Part shown: positions 21,857 through 34,851 of the stretch, piece after piece
Layout of the letters: each line of letters opens with the position of its first letter
Position numbering within the stretch: position 1 is the stretch's first letter
Source of the DNA: Felis catus
Taxonomy: Eukaryota
Length of the DNA stretch: 64,000 nt
Reading direction: 5' to 3'
NCBI RefSeq assembly: GCF_018350175.1
Contig: NC_058369.1
Span: 101,494,001 to 101,558,000, forward strand
Made by a program: the position numbers and the translations under genes
Notes under the pieces: model-generated
What the model was told of the DNA's origin: nothing
What the model saw: the letters and a program-made list of their open reading frames with translations, nothing else
The model's database searches: none

Positions 21857-24289
21857 AAGAAGCCTTGAAAAAGGGGGAGCATTCACCTTAAATTTATTCA
21901 TTTTTCTTTAATCCTTAAAAAGCAGAAATATCACTACAATTCTGCTCTACAAGATTTTACTATTTCACAGTATCACTTAGCTCTAACAGATATAAGATAC
22001 CCTACGACAGAAAAATTGTTTGATTTTGTGACAGTTTCAAACTAAAAAGTAGGGGTTTTAAGATGATTTGGCTTGTGAGAGATCTGCTTTCCAAATAACG
22101 TTTAAAATCAGGAACTGCACAATTATGTTTACGTTGACTTTAGTGCATTATGAAAGTTAGTGATCTACTTTTGTAGAGAAAGTGTTTTGAGGCTGCTTTT
22201 TAGATTCACTTTGTATACAAATTGAACATGAGAATTAACTGTTTTTGATGATGAGAAACTATGAGATGAAAATCACAGTTTTCTTGATAAATTTTTAACT
22301 GAATTAGTGAAATGAGAATGAAGTAATCTGGTGAAGTGTTGATTTGTTGTAGTTAAATGTGGAACATTAGGCTGTCAATTGCCTTTGAAAAGCATATACT
22401 TATTTTATGCAGCAGACTTTGAAATAAGAATAGAAATGCCTTAATTTGCATCATAGTCTACAGTAGCAAAATAACTGTTACAAGGTCAGAGGAAGCTGAA
22501 TTAAAAAAAAAAAAAACTATTGTGCTCATAAATAAACCAAGATTCGTACTAGACATTCATTGATCATAAGTTTTTATATGGATTGCTCAACACATTAAAA
22601 AACAAAATTTTCACCCTAGGCAAAATAAAAGGTTCAGGTTTGCTCTAAGAGTTTATCGTATAGTAATGACTGTGTATGGAAGACTCGGGTTTTATGTCTG
22701 AGAGGATTCTGGAAAGCCATAGGAAGGGAGCGGAGTGGGCAGGGAGTTACAGCCCATAAGTTGTAAGCTGTTTCCAGTCTTCAAGCCCTTATCCTGGCAA
22801 TTCTCAGAGGAGGACTCTACACTGGCTGTTTTTGAGAAGAATCCCAACTGTCCCTTCCCTACTCTTTGGTGGCCATTCTCACTTGATTCCTTATGTCTTT
22901 CCTCACCAGAAGCCCTAAGAAACTCAGAGTCAGACCTGAGTTTATTCTAAATGTCAAACCGTGGCTGCAGCTTGATAGTTGGCTTTTCTGTTTGTAAATC
23001 GAGCCCTCACGTGCACCAAACTCTTCTTCAGACTCCTGCATCTACAGAGCCTGGGCAAAGTTGAGTTCAGGAAGGTGAATCAAGAAGAGTGTGGGGTGGA
23101 TTGGAAAAGTAGAATAACAATAAAAGAATTCTCTGAGGCCAAGTTTTAAAGTAAGAATGGCAACGGAGAGCATTGAAGGGAGCAGTGTTTTGCAATGAAG
23201 AAATTACTGGAAATTCTGATCACTGGAATTAAAATCAAAAGATCTGAATTTAAGTCCCAGCTAGCCGAGCGTTTTGGGGAAGTCCTTTCCAGCCTCTGTT
23301 TCTCCGTGTATAAGGTGGAAATGCAGTATGTGCTCTACATACCAAACAGGTTATGAGTCTTAGGAAAGAAAGAAGGGGAGAGAGAGAGAAAGACAGTTGT
23401 GGGGCAGTAAAGTCCTATGGTGTAGTTATGGAACCAGTTGACCCATCTGTATCTTTTTTGGAGGGGTGGGAATGGGAAGGAACTCTTGGCAGCAAGGAGA
23501 GAATGCAGCAGACATTAAATTTGACAAACATTGAGTGTTATTAGAGCTCTTAAGAATCGCATTATTTATCTCTGTTGGACCCCCGACACACCACTTCCCC
23601 CACAACACCAATTCCAAACCCTTTCACCCTCCTCAAGTCCCTCCCCAGCCCCCACTTTTCAGTCTGCACAGAAAAATTCCTCCCCTACTTTGCCAGGAGG
23701 GCTAAGCAAGGCCCTTGAGCTTCCCTGGCCTACCATCTTGAAGTATCCCTGTCTTTATCCATTTCCTTCTCTCCTTCTGTCGCCTCCATGCAAAAGGTAG
23801 AGTGTGTTCTTGACACATTCTCATCTTACTTCATCCCAAACTTTGCTTCACCAATGATCTCCTTTCTCTTGTTCTTTTCACCTGGTTCTCCTTCATAGTC
23901 AAGAGACTCTGCGTTCAGTGTCCTATGTGTTGTTGTTGTTTTTTTTTTATTTGCATGAATGAAATTTTTAGGAGTGATTTGAATACTTTCTATCTTTGCC
24001 ATCCATGCTTTATTTTGGTCCCATTTAGTCTGGCTTCTGTCTATTTCATATTGAAACTTGTGTCTCAAAGGCAGCTGGTGATCTCATGCTGAAGTCCAGT
24101 GACCATTACTCTGTGTTTGCTTCCACTGGTCTCCATGTGAAGTTCCATGCCCACCTTCACAGCCTCACCTCTCCTAATTACAGCCCTCACCCTTTGGCTT
24201 CTCTGTGTCAGTACATTCCTTGTTCTCTTTACTGACTGCTTTTCTCTCTTCCTCAGCCTCTAAGGGTAGGTGTTCCCTAAAATGCTGTA

Positions 24290-25555
24290 CAAAGCTCACA
24301 CAATTTAGAAAAATTAATTCAAATTGGATAGCAGACCTAAATATAAGATAAAAATCTATAAAACTGGTAACAACATAGGTGGAAATCTTTGTGACATTTG
24401 GATACATATTTTTCAGATATAACACAAAAAATGTGATCCAGAAAAGAGAAAATATTGATGAATTAGACTTCTTCAAAGTAAATATTCTTTTAGAGAGGCA
24501 TTGTCAAGAAGATGAAAAAAGCCTCAGATTGGGAAACAATATTTAAACTTATCTCGTAAAAGACTTGTATCCAGAATACAAAGAACTTTCAAAACTGCAT
24601 AATAAGAAGCAAACAGCCTCATTTTTAAAAAAGGGCAAAAGATTTGAATAGATCTATTAATGGTAAATAAGCCCATGAAAAGATGTTTAACATCATCAGT
24701 TCTTAGGGAAATGTAAATTAACCACAGTGAGCTACCACTACACCCACTGGAATGGCTAAGATCACAATTACTGACCCTACCAAATGTTGGGAGGTTGTGG
24801 AGGAATGGGAACTTGCATATATTATTGCTGGTAGGAAGGTGAAATGGTACAGTCATTTTGGATGTTCGACAGGTTTTTAAAAAGCTAAAGAGAGACCTAC
24901 CGTGTGACCCAGCCATTCCATGCCAAGGTTTTTACTGCATGCTGTATGAGTCCCGCTGTATAAAAATCTAGAAAATCCAGTGATGGAAAGCAGAGTTGTT
25001 GCTTGTGAATGGGAATGTGGTGTAGGATGAATGGATTGCAAAGGAGCATGGGGAAATTTTTGGGAGTGATGGATATATTCATTAGGTTGATTGTGATGAT
25101 GCTTACACAAATGTATACACATGTCAAAACTGATCAAGTTTGACACTTGAAAATGTGCAGTCTGTTATACATTAATTATACCACAATAAAACTGTAAAAA
25201 AATTCATAGAACTACACACTGAAAAGGATGAATATTACAGAATGTAAATTATCCCTCAACAACTCTGGCTTTAAAAAAAGCATATAGGAAAATGAAATAT
25301 GGGGATTGAGATTGTTAAAATAATTAAAAGCCAATCTGAAAAGATTACATACCATATGATTCTACTTTTACAATATTCTCCAATGACAAAGTTATAGAGA
25401 TGGAGAACAGATTAGTGGTTGGTTGCCAGGTGTTAGGGATAGTAACAATGGGGGGGGGGGAGCGAGGTGAAGGATAAATGGAAATTTTCAATACTATTTA
25501 TGCAACTATGTAATGCATAACTAATGAATCTATAATTATCTCAAAATAAAAAGTT
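24290..25555 (+). mobile_element. Old L1M (L1MC/L1MD-like) ORF2 3' end and 3' UTR, degenerate
   Basis: aaattaattcaaattggatagcagacctaaatataaga...aataagcccatgaaaagatgtttaacatcatcag...gacccagccattcc. Confidence 0.85.
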
Positions 25556-25799
25556 GCTCTTTTAAAAAAAGGTCTACTGGATATTTTTGTCTTCTCTGAT
25601 GGGAAACCATCAATTTTTTATATGTTAAATCTATAATGTTTACCATACAAACACTAGAAATGGATTTCATTGAGATGATTACAACTTAATGTTGCATTGT
25701 TGTATACAGAAACCATAGCGAAAATCATCTTCCAATTTCTGGTTCCCCATCTAAACATGGAATACCTTAATTTTTTTTTTTCTCAGACAGTCTTAGTTA

Positions 25800-26350
25800 A
25801 ATTGTTCTGACTAGATAATACATACAAATGGTTCAAAATACATAAAGAGAGATGCAGTGAAAAGTCTACTGCAAAATCTGTCTTACATTATACAATTCAT
25901 ATAATTCCCCAAAAGTAAACAACTATTAACTTCTTGTGTTTTCTTCCAGAATTTATATGTATACAAGCAAATGCAAACATATTTTTTTTACTCTCCTCCC
26001 TGTTTTTACCCAAAAGATAGTTTACTGTATTGAATATTTTACATTTTTCACTTAACAACGTATCTTAAATTTATAAGGCGATAGAGAGCCTCTTAATTCT
26101 TTTTCTTTTGACAGTTGCATAATATTCCATTATGTATTTAAATGTATATCTTCCATACATATATATACAGAGGCAGTTGTGTAATATTATATACATATTA
26201 CATAGATTGTATATATAATGCACACACATCTATACATAATATGTAGATACTAGGTTATTTCCAGACTCCCACTTTTGTAAACAGTATTGCAGGGAATATC
26301 CTTATACATATGACATTTCCTACTTGAACAAATATATGTGAATACATGAA
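25800..26350 (-). mobile_element. L1ME-type 3' fragment
   Basis: tttttcacttaacaacgtatctt...gcataatattccatt...taggttatttccagact. Confidence 0.65.
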
Positions 26351-26979
26351 ATTGCCCATACTGACTTTTTAATCTAGAAAAAAATTTACATGGTTCAACC
26401 TAGTATCTATAGAATGCATTTTCAGATGTGTAATTATTGGAGACAAAGTCTTTAGTGTCCTTTGGATTTTCTGCTCAACTATCAGACATGCATGATAATT
26501 TAGATGCCTAAAAAGGGTGTGGAGATGCATTGTGTAAATGTTCTGTTCAGTATAGCTAAGGGGAAAAATGCCCATGCACACACAGGGATATTTCTCAAAG
26601 TCCTTTGCCAGTGACTTTATTCAGTGACATGTCTAACTCTTAGCCTGGTCCAGCTCTGTCAGGCTTCTTTGCCTGTTTATGAAAGTCTTTGCTTTCTCCA
26701 TATTGACAGACCTAAGACTAGAGCTCTGAGCCCTTTGTCTTTCCCAAAGGGGAGTTGTCCAAAATATCTTCTTACGTACTCTCAGTGCATAATCCTCCAT
26801 TGGTTTTCCCAATTATTGCAGCTTTAGTATTAATTAGGTCTTATGTGATAAATTAGATTCTCTGAAAAAGGCTGACTTTTTTTGTACACAAGACAGATAG
26901 ATGGGGCATGCCCTTCTACATAACGAGCCAACCAATTGAAGTCTTGGCTTCTGCAATACTGGTTGTATATGTGTGTTTG

Positions 26980-26982
<3 letters not shown>

Positions 26983-27010
<28 letters not shown>
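26983..27010 (+). repeat. (GA)n microsatellite
   Basis: Direct read. Confidence 0.95.
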
Positions 27011-27013
<3 letters not shown>

Positions 27014-27278
27014 TAAATATAGGAAAATTTAACAATTGGTTAATATAGGTGAAGGGGAATAATATAGGATGTTTATTGTACTATTCTTTCAAATTTTCTA
27101 TAGATTTAACATTTTTTTAAATAAAAATTTGAGAGAAAGCATATTCTTTGCTGAAATTATTTGCTGTGAATTAGGGGCAGCTTCATTACCTACTTATGTT
27201 CTTGGTTTTTGTTTTGCTGTTTCTAAATTTGAAGACATCTTAGAAACTTTGCCCCCAGATTAAAAAAAATAAGTGATG

Positions 27279-27817
27279 CTGCTAGGAATTTATCCAAGGG
27301 ATACAGGAGTACTGATGTATAGGGCCACTTGTACCCCAATGTTCATAGCAGCACTCTCAACAATAGCCAAATTATGGAAAGAGCCTAAATGTCCATCAAC
27401 TGATGAATGGATAAAGAAATTGTGGTTTATATACACAATGGAATACTACGTGGCAATGAGAAAAAATGAAATATGGCCTTTTGTAGCAACGTGGATGGAA
27501 CTGGAGAGTGTGATGCTAAGTGAAATAAGCCATACAGAGAAAGACAGATACCATATGGTTTCACTCTTATGTGGATCCTGAGAAACTTAACAGGAACCCA
27601 TGGGGGAGGGGAAGGAAAAAAAAAAAAAAAACAGGTTAGAGTGGGAGACAGCCAAAGCATAAGAGACTGTTAAAAACTGAGAACAAACTGAGGGTTGATG
27701 GGGGGTGGGAGGGAGGAGAGGGTGGGTGATGGGTTTTGAGGAGGGCACCTTTTGGGATGAGCACTGGGTGTTGTATGAAAACCAATTTGTCAATAAATTT
27801 CATATAAAAAAATAAAA
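27279..27817 (+). mobile_element. Young 5'-truncated felid L1 (ORF2 C-terminus, 3' UTR, A-rich tail) with perfect 18-nt TSD
   Basis: Uninterrupted LLGIYPRDTG...PKCPSTDEWIKKLWFIYTMEYY...ISHTEKDRYHMVSLLCGS*; G-rich 3' UTR; aataaa; TSD taaaaaaaataagtgatg at 27261-27278 and 27818-27835. Confidence 0.97.
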
Positions 27818-27839
27818 TAAAAAAAATAAGTGATGGTAA

Positions 27840-28045
27840 CAATTCATAATTGTTGAGGGTTTCTTCTCTGCCCCATGTTGGGCTCAGCATTTTATGTGGA
27901 TGATCTCATTTAAGCCTCTTATCAACCTATTATTGTCTTCATCATTTTTCAGATGTAGCCACTCAGACACAGCAAGGTTAAGTAACTTGCCTCAAATCAC
28001 AGAGCTAACATGAGGTAGAAATGCTACTTGCTGCCAGATCTGCTG
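27840..28045 (-). mobile_element. MIR SINE
   Basis: atctcatttaagcctc...ttttcagatg...aaggttaagtaacttgcctcaaatcacagagct. Confidence 0.8.
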
Positions 28046-28714
28046 TCATTATACTTGACCTGGTCTTTATTTTGGCCTGAAGTCTTCTGAAGTGAGAGAT
28101 ATTATCATTTGGCTAAAACTCTTGTAACAATTTCCTAATCTGGATAATATGATGATCTGAAGTCTTCATGAAAGAATACAAGTGGATGTACACAGGAAAA
28201 CTGTCAAGTTTCTTGACATGTTAATAATTTGCAAAGCTCTGTGAAAAAGAACTGTTTTGTGTACCTATCACAGTCAAGCCCTTTTTACCCCTTTTCTGAG
28301 TTTGCTTCCTATGTATAAAATTACCAGCTGGCAAAGAGGCATTAATTGGCTCTTTTTCAGTATATTTCTTGTACCTTTCCCTCTCTATTGACTCTTTTCC
28401 ATCAGAATTTAAGCAAGTTCTCCCTTTATTCCACACAGCCTCTGGCCATCACCATCTCTTCTCTAAGCCAAGCTTTCCTAATAAATGACTCTTATAAAGA
28501 TACCATAGGGCTCTTTTCCTGTTTTGTACCAGCTCCTCTGATCCTCCGCAACCCCATCTTATGCCCCCAGCTGCCGGTTTCCTTCGGGCAATTTTTCTAT
28601 GCTGTTCTTTTATTCACGCAACTGAGACTCTGTTTCATGTACAGTTTTGTAGCCTCATTTTCTTCTTACTTTTAATATTGGGGAATTTTTTTCATGTCAT
28701 TAATTTTGAGACCC

Positions 28715-29570
28715 TTTTTATTGATGAATAGCATACATACAGAAATGTACACGTTTTAATTTCAATGATTTCTCATACAATGTCATTAGCCTCTAGATTA
28801 TGAAATAGAAATTACAGAATCCTAGAATCTCCGCCCAAAGCCCCCTTCAGCTACTTTATCCAGCCCCCCAAAGCTACCCTGACTTCTTTTTTTTTTTAAT
28901 TTTTTATTTTCAACGTTTTTATTTATTTTTGGGACAGAGAGAGACAGAGCATGAACAGGGGAGGGGCAGAGAGAGAGGGAGACACAGAATCGGAAACAGG
29001 CTCCCGGCTCCGAGCCATCAGCCCAGAGCCTGACGCGGGGCTCGAACTCACGGACCGCGAGATCGTGACCTGGCTGAAGTCGGACGCTTAACTGACTGCG
29101 CCACCCAGGCGCCCCTACCCTGACTTCTTAAAGCGGAGATTGTTTTTGTGTATGAAATGCATATTAAATACACTCATATTTGTGTACTTTTTGTGTCTTG
29201 CTCTTCCACTAAAAAATATTATGTTTGTGAGATTCACTCACATTATATGTGGGTGTAGTTGATTATTTTCATTGTTATATATTATTCTGTTGTGTGAACA
29301 TATATTAATATGTCTTTAAACATAATGGCTATATATTATCCCATTGTACAGATATACCATAATTCATTTATTAATTCTCCTATTATTTTTGCCAGGTTTT
29401 TACATTGCAAACATCTTTGCGTAAATACTTAAACTAATGCCTGACCACTCCTTAGAATATGTTCTAGAAATGCATTTACAGACTAAAAGGATATAAACTC
29501 TTTAAAAATTCTTAATACACATTGCCATGTTGCTTTCTGGAAAGATAATACCAGTTGACTTTTCTGTTGA
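28715..29570 (-). mobile_element. L1ME-type fragment interrupted by a SINEC
   Basis: catacagaaatgtacac...accctgacttct...tatgtttgtgagattcactca...cattgccatgttgctttc. Confidence 0.65.
28889..29115 (-). mobile_element. Very young SINEC_Fc with perfect TSD taccctgacttctt
   Basis: CpGs almost all intact (gacgcggggctcgaactcacggaccgcgagatcgtg); TSD at 28875-28888 and 29116-29129. Confidence 0.98.
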
Positions 29571-31890
29571 CACAGTACCCGACACCTAGGTATTCAGTAA
29601 AATTTCACTGACGTGAACCTAGGGTCTTCTATACCCTAGGATCCATTTCTGAATTTTCTGTGTCACTGATCTGTCTTCTTTCTAGTTCATTAGTTTTTTA
29701 ATCAATTTAGATTTTTGAAAGTGTAATAGTGTATAGGGCACAAATTCTTTTTCTGAATCTCTTAAAAAATTATCTGATTGTTCTTGTGTTTTAAATTTTT
29801 GCAAGTACAGTCTTAAAATATATAGACTGCCAACTTCAGGCAGAAAAAATGAGGATTTCATTGGAATTACCTTACTGGTATTTCTAAAATTTATGTAATA
29901 GGAATTGACATATTTCTATGTATATAATCCTATCCAGGGATGATTCTCCATTTATTCAAGTATTTTTATTAAGCACTTCTTAGTAAAGTTTTATAAGTTT
30001 TTCACAAGGGACCTAGCTTTCAAAATTTTTTTATTTCCACACATATTTTGTGGCTCTTGGGAATTGGATAATTTCTTTCTATTTGATAACTAGTTATTGG
30101 AAATCTACAGAGTTTTATATATTTATTTTGTATTTATTCTCCTTATTGAGCTTTTATTAATGCTAACAGTTTTTGGTTTCAGTTTGCTACCATTTATGCT
30201 TTGGGGTTTGTGACCATTTAGTTTCTAAATTCAGAAAGAGAGAAATTGATATCTGGGATAAAGATAGAGGAAAACAGTAACCTGGAAGACTGTTTTAAAA
30301 ATAGAATTGTAGAATTCTGATCATTTGTAAACTCCATTTTTTCATGCATTGCAGTGCTGTCTCAGCCAAATCCAAACCATTTTCTCTAGCCTTATATTTT
30401 GAATTAAGAAGCAAGTCACAGAGTTAAAGATAAAATTAATGAAATGTTTAAATGTGAAAATAGTCTATCACATTAGGTAAATCGCTCCTACAAAGAAAAC
30501 CATGTCACTTACCATTTGTGTTGCTCTAAATGCACTTTTTTCCATTCTCTCATTTTTTAAACTTCTCTTTTCTTATTTGTTGTCTATTTTGCTTCTGTGT
30601 TTCTTTTTAGGAATACAGTAATTTGGGAAGAAATTTTTTAAATACTAATGGAAAACAAACTTCAGAGTAAATAAGGGAAAAAATGAAAATCTTTCAGTTT
30701 TGTTCTCTAAACTTTCCCCCTACATTCTCCTATATCTTTCTGTTCTTCTGGATATTTCCCATAATTCTGTCTCCTTATATACCATTTATTTATTTAAAAG
30801 CTTTACACATATGCACATGTGAGATATACATGTTTGTGTCACATTTTTTGTATCACCTTCTCAGAGGTAAGAAAATATGTCTAGGTCATATATATACATG
30901 TTGCTGCATATATAATAAAAATAATTTTTTCTTAGTTTTAAGAGTTTACTTCTGATTTTTTAAACATTTAAATTTGTTGCCTTATGACTTTTATTCATTT
31001 TAAATTGTAGGTTTTTTTTATTGCTTAATCTTAAGAATAGTTTTAAATACCTAGAAAGTTGAAGCATAAATGTAATCAGAAAATAATACTTTAATCCTGG
31101 TTAATCCACATTATTGACCTTCTGTGCCTACATCAGCAACAATAGCAGAATGGTACATAATCTCTTGTGTGGACACCCATATCCACTGGCCAAGTCTGAT
31201 CTAGAAATGAGATCCTCTTTTGGGATGATGGTTTTGCTGATTTTTAGGAAAATAACAACTAGGATCTCATTTAATCCTCATAAGAGACAGGATGGTTGCA
31301 CTGTCTTATCTAATTTGTAAAGTGAAACTAGGTCAGATCAACTACAGATAGTGTAACTTGCCCTATGTGGTCTGTAAGCCAACGCTGGTGTTAGTAAAAT
31401 ATATATGTACTTTGTCAAAATAAAAAGAATTCACTATCTCTATAATGGCAGTAGAATTAGAGTATGAGAACATAAGAATCCTATCTTTTGTAGAATAGAA
31501 ATTATATTTTTAAAAAGGCAGAGTCTGTAGGGAGTGTTTCTGTGGATGTTTGTTACGCTGGGAGGAGAGAACTAGAATGAGCAACGAGGCCACCTTGTTC
31601 CCGATCTCGCTTGTAAAGTGGGTTCATGAGCAAGGATGGAGGGCAGCAGTCAAGATAAGCTCAAAGGTTGCTTCCGAGTCTTAGCTCCCAATGAACTATT
31701 GGAAACTGTAGAGGTAAAGTGATGTGCTTTCATTAGAGAGATGTAAAACTGGTTCCAAATCCTTAAGAGAAAATAGAAATGAAACATAAGAGCCAGAAAT
31801 GATTACACCACCAGCGTAGTTAAAAACCAACAACAAAACTGCTTCAACAGGTACCTTGTTCCATGTGGTATTTGTTTTGTTTTTGCACAG

Positions 31891-32105
31891 TTTTTTTTTT
31901 AATTTTTATAAATTTGTTTATTTTGGAGAGAAAGGGAGAGGGAAAGAGCATGCATGCAAGCAAGGGAGGGGCAGGGAGGGAGGGAGATAGAGGATCTGAA
32001 GCAGGCTCTGTGCAGAACCCGATGTGGGGCTCAAACTCAGGAACTGTGAGAGCGTGACCTGAGCCAAAGTTGGATGCTTAACTGACTGAGCCACCCAGGC
32101 ACCCC
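31891..32105 (-). mobile_element. CAN-SINE
   Basis: Reverse body ending gagccacccaggcacccc; TSD ttgcaca. Confidence 0.93.
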
Positions 32106-32949
32106 TTGCACAATGTTATAAAAGTACATGGTGAGTGTACTTCTGGTTAAGTGAAATAAAACCAGAAATAAGACACTGTGCTCAGTCTACTCTAATTCAA
32201 TACATTCACAAAAAGGAGGCAAAATGAAGAGGAAAATGAAGACAATACATGGATGCAGTTTGCACATGACAGTATGCCATTCTGAAGGCAGATATTATTC
32301 ATGGAGAGAATTCAGAGTAAACGGTTTCCTTTTATAATTATGTTAGAAAGAACATGGGCCTTAAACCCAGACAGAGTTTAATTTGAATACCGACTCTAAC
32401 ACTTAGGCATTTTGTGATGCTGGGAACTTTAAATTTCTTTTTCAGTATTTTCTTTACCTGTTAAATAAGCAAAAGTATTCCTTCTTAATGTTGTTGTGAA
32501 GAGATTATCCCCTTTCATGAAGTTGTCACAATTTCCTTAGAAAGTAGGGGAAAAAATGCTTAAAATCTCTTAAAGACGAGTGCTGTATAAGAAAATAAAC
32601 AAGACTAGCCTGGTTACAGGTTATTGTATAATCTGATTCTATTGTTGAGTTAGTTTCTGCCTCTCCTTAGAAAGAGGTTGCTCAATGGTCTGACCTATGT
32701 TAGAGTTTTTGTTGTCTATGAAACATACCTGAGTGGTTGTGCATACTACTTTTCTGTGGAGTCATTTACGAGTGAAAATGGTAAAAAGGTGGAAAGAGTA
32801 AAGGATTACTTCTGTTTGAGTTGGTGAGTTAATGGGTTAATGGAGCCATTGAGATCCTTATCTCCACCTCCACCTATATTTCTGTCTGGTATCTATCTTT
32901 GTATCATATTTATGCATTCTAACCATCCTAATTACTCTTCTCATTTATT

Positions 32950-34170
32950 TTCTGTTTATTTTGAAATAATTTTTGAACTGACAGAAAAGTTGCAAAAAAC
33001 AAAGAGCTTTTTGTTTTACCATTTGAGAGTAAATTAGTAAGATGACCTGTCATTACTTCCAAAGAGTTTAGTATGTAGTTGCTAAAAGCAGACCTATCTC
33101 CTACATCAGTTATCAAAATCAGGAAATTAACCATCGAAGCCATAGACCACCATTTAGGTTTTGTTCAAATGATGTACTTCATAGCAAAAGGATCCTGTTC
33201 ATACTCATATGTTGCACTGCGTTGTCCTGTCCTTTTAGTCTCCTTCAGTCTGGATCGGTTCTTCAGTCTCTCCTTGACTTTTCAATCCCTAGATACTTTT
33301 GAAGATTGCGAACTATTTATTTTACTAAACATCCTTTGGTTTGGGTTTATCTGATCCATCCTCAAAATTGGATTTAGGTGATGCATTTCTGTTAGGAATA
33401 TCACGGAAGCATTTGTTCTTCTCACTGCATCCTATAAGGGAGTGCACAATTCCTATTTGTTACATTCCATGATCACTTACTTAGTTATGTCTACCAGATT
33501 TCTCTATTGTAAAATTACTCATTCTCTCTTTATGATCTGTATGTGGGGAGTGGTGCTTTCAGACTGTGTAATATCCTGTTTCTTATCAACCTCCCACCCA
33601 CTAGTTTTAGCCTCTATCTAGGCTTCTTGGCTGAATTAATTATTACTGTGACAGTTGCCAAATGGTGATCTTCTAATTCCTTCATTCCTTCTGCATTCAT
33701 CAGTTGGCATTCCACTGCAAGGAATAGCTTCCTTCACTTCTTTTTTTATTAATTCTTTTATTTATATGAGCATGGGTGCATGGATTTTGAAAATTATTTT
33801 CTGATTTATGGATATATTTTCTCATTTATTTATTTTGAGAGACAGAGACAGAGAGAGAGGGGGGGGGGAGGGACAAAGAAAGAGGAAGAGAGAGAATGCC
33901 AAGCAGGCTCTGTGCTGTCAGCATAGAGCCCGATGTGAGGCTCCATCTCATGACATGGGAGATCATGACCTGAGCTGAAACCAAGAGTCAAATGCTTAAA
34001 CGACTGAGCCACCCAGGCAACCCTGGATATTTTTAATGGATTATAGTCTTTTGTTATCATTACTTATTTTGATGCTTAAAATGTCCCAGACTTGGCCAGT
34101 GGGAGCCCCTTCAAATTGTCCTCCTCATTGTTTGAGCCCTTTATGGCAGAGATGTTCTAGATCCATCTTC
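32950..34170 (-). mobile_element. Old L1M 3' UTR fragment interrupted by a SINEC
   Basis: ttattttgaaataatttt..acagaaaagttgcaaaaa...ttatcaaaatcaggaaatt...tcccagacttggccagtgggagccc. Confidence 0.8.
33820..34023 (-). mobile_element. CAN-SINE
   Basis: Reverse body ending gactgagccacccaggcaaccc; TSD tggatat. Confidence 0.93.
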
Positions 34171-34501
34171 ACCCTGCTTGGACTGCAGCAGTCTGAACCA
34201 CACCATTGCTGCCACAGTCTCCCCCACATCCTCCTCTCCTCACCTGGGCTCTGAAATCCTGCCACTGCCTACCTGCTGGGACTCGATTCTTCAGGAAGGG
34301 AGAGAAGGAGCAAGAGTGACCTGGATGGATGGATGGACAGATGGATAGACACATAGGCTGACTGACTTTCAAAAAAATGTTCTTCCCATAAAAATTGGGA
34401 AGTAAAAGACTATCTCACCAATCTTACAGGGAAACAGATATTTGGATAATCAGAAATGATGGATATGCCCCACATAATTTACTTATTTTAATTTTGGAAT
34501 G

Positions 34502-34851
34502 TGTCTTAGTCCATTTGAACTGCTATAACAAAATATCAGAGACTAGGTAGTTTATAAACAATGGAAATTAATTTTTCACAATACAGAAGGCTGGAGAGTC
34601 CAAGATCAAGGCACCAGCACGGTGAGGGCTCTCCTCATGGTTCAGAGCAGGTATCTGCTCCCCATGTCCTCACCAGGTAAGAGGGGCTAGGGAGCTCTGT
34701 GGGGTCTCTTATATAAGGCACTAATCCTATTCATGAAACCTCTATCATCATGACTTATGTACCTCCCAAAGGCCCCACCTCCTAATACCATCATCTTTGG
34801 GGGGTTAGGATTGCAACATGAATTTTGAGAGGACACATTGAGACCATAGTA
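34502..34851 (-). mobile_element. MLT1A/MLT1A0-like solo LTR with 5-bp TSD GAATG
   Basis: tgtcttagtccatttg..gctataacaaaata...aaggccccacctcctaataccatca...accatagta; TSD at 34497-34501 and 34852-34856. Confidence 0.92.

Noticed and set aside
21209-21901. Long ORFs of 157-185 aa, and similar ones at 38382, 39850 and 61922
   Set aside because: Their length comes from N-gaps
27273-27581. 102-aa ORF as a host gene
   Set aside because: It is the L1 ORF2 C-terminus of a truncated insertion
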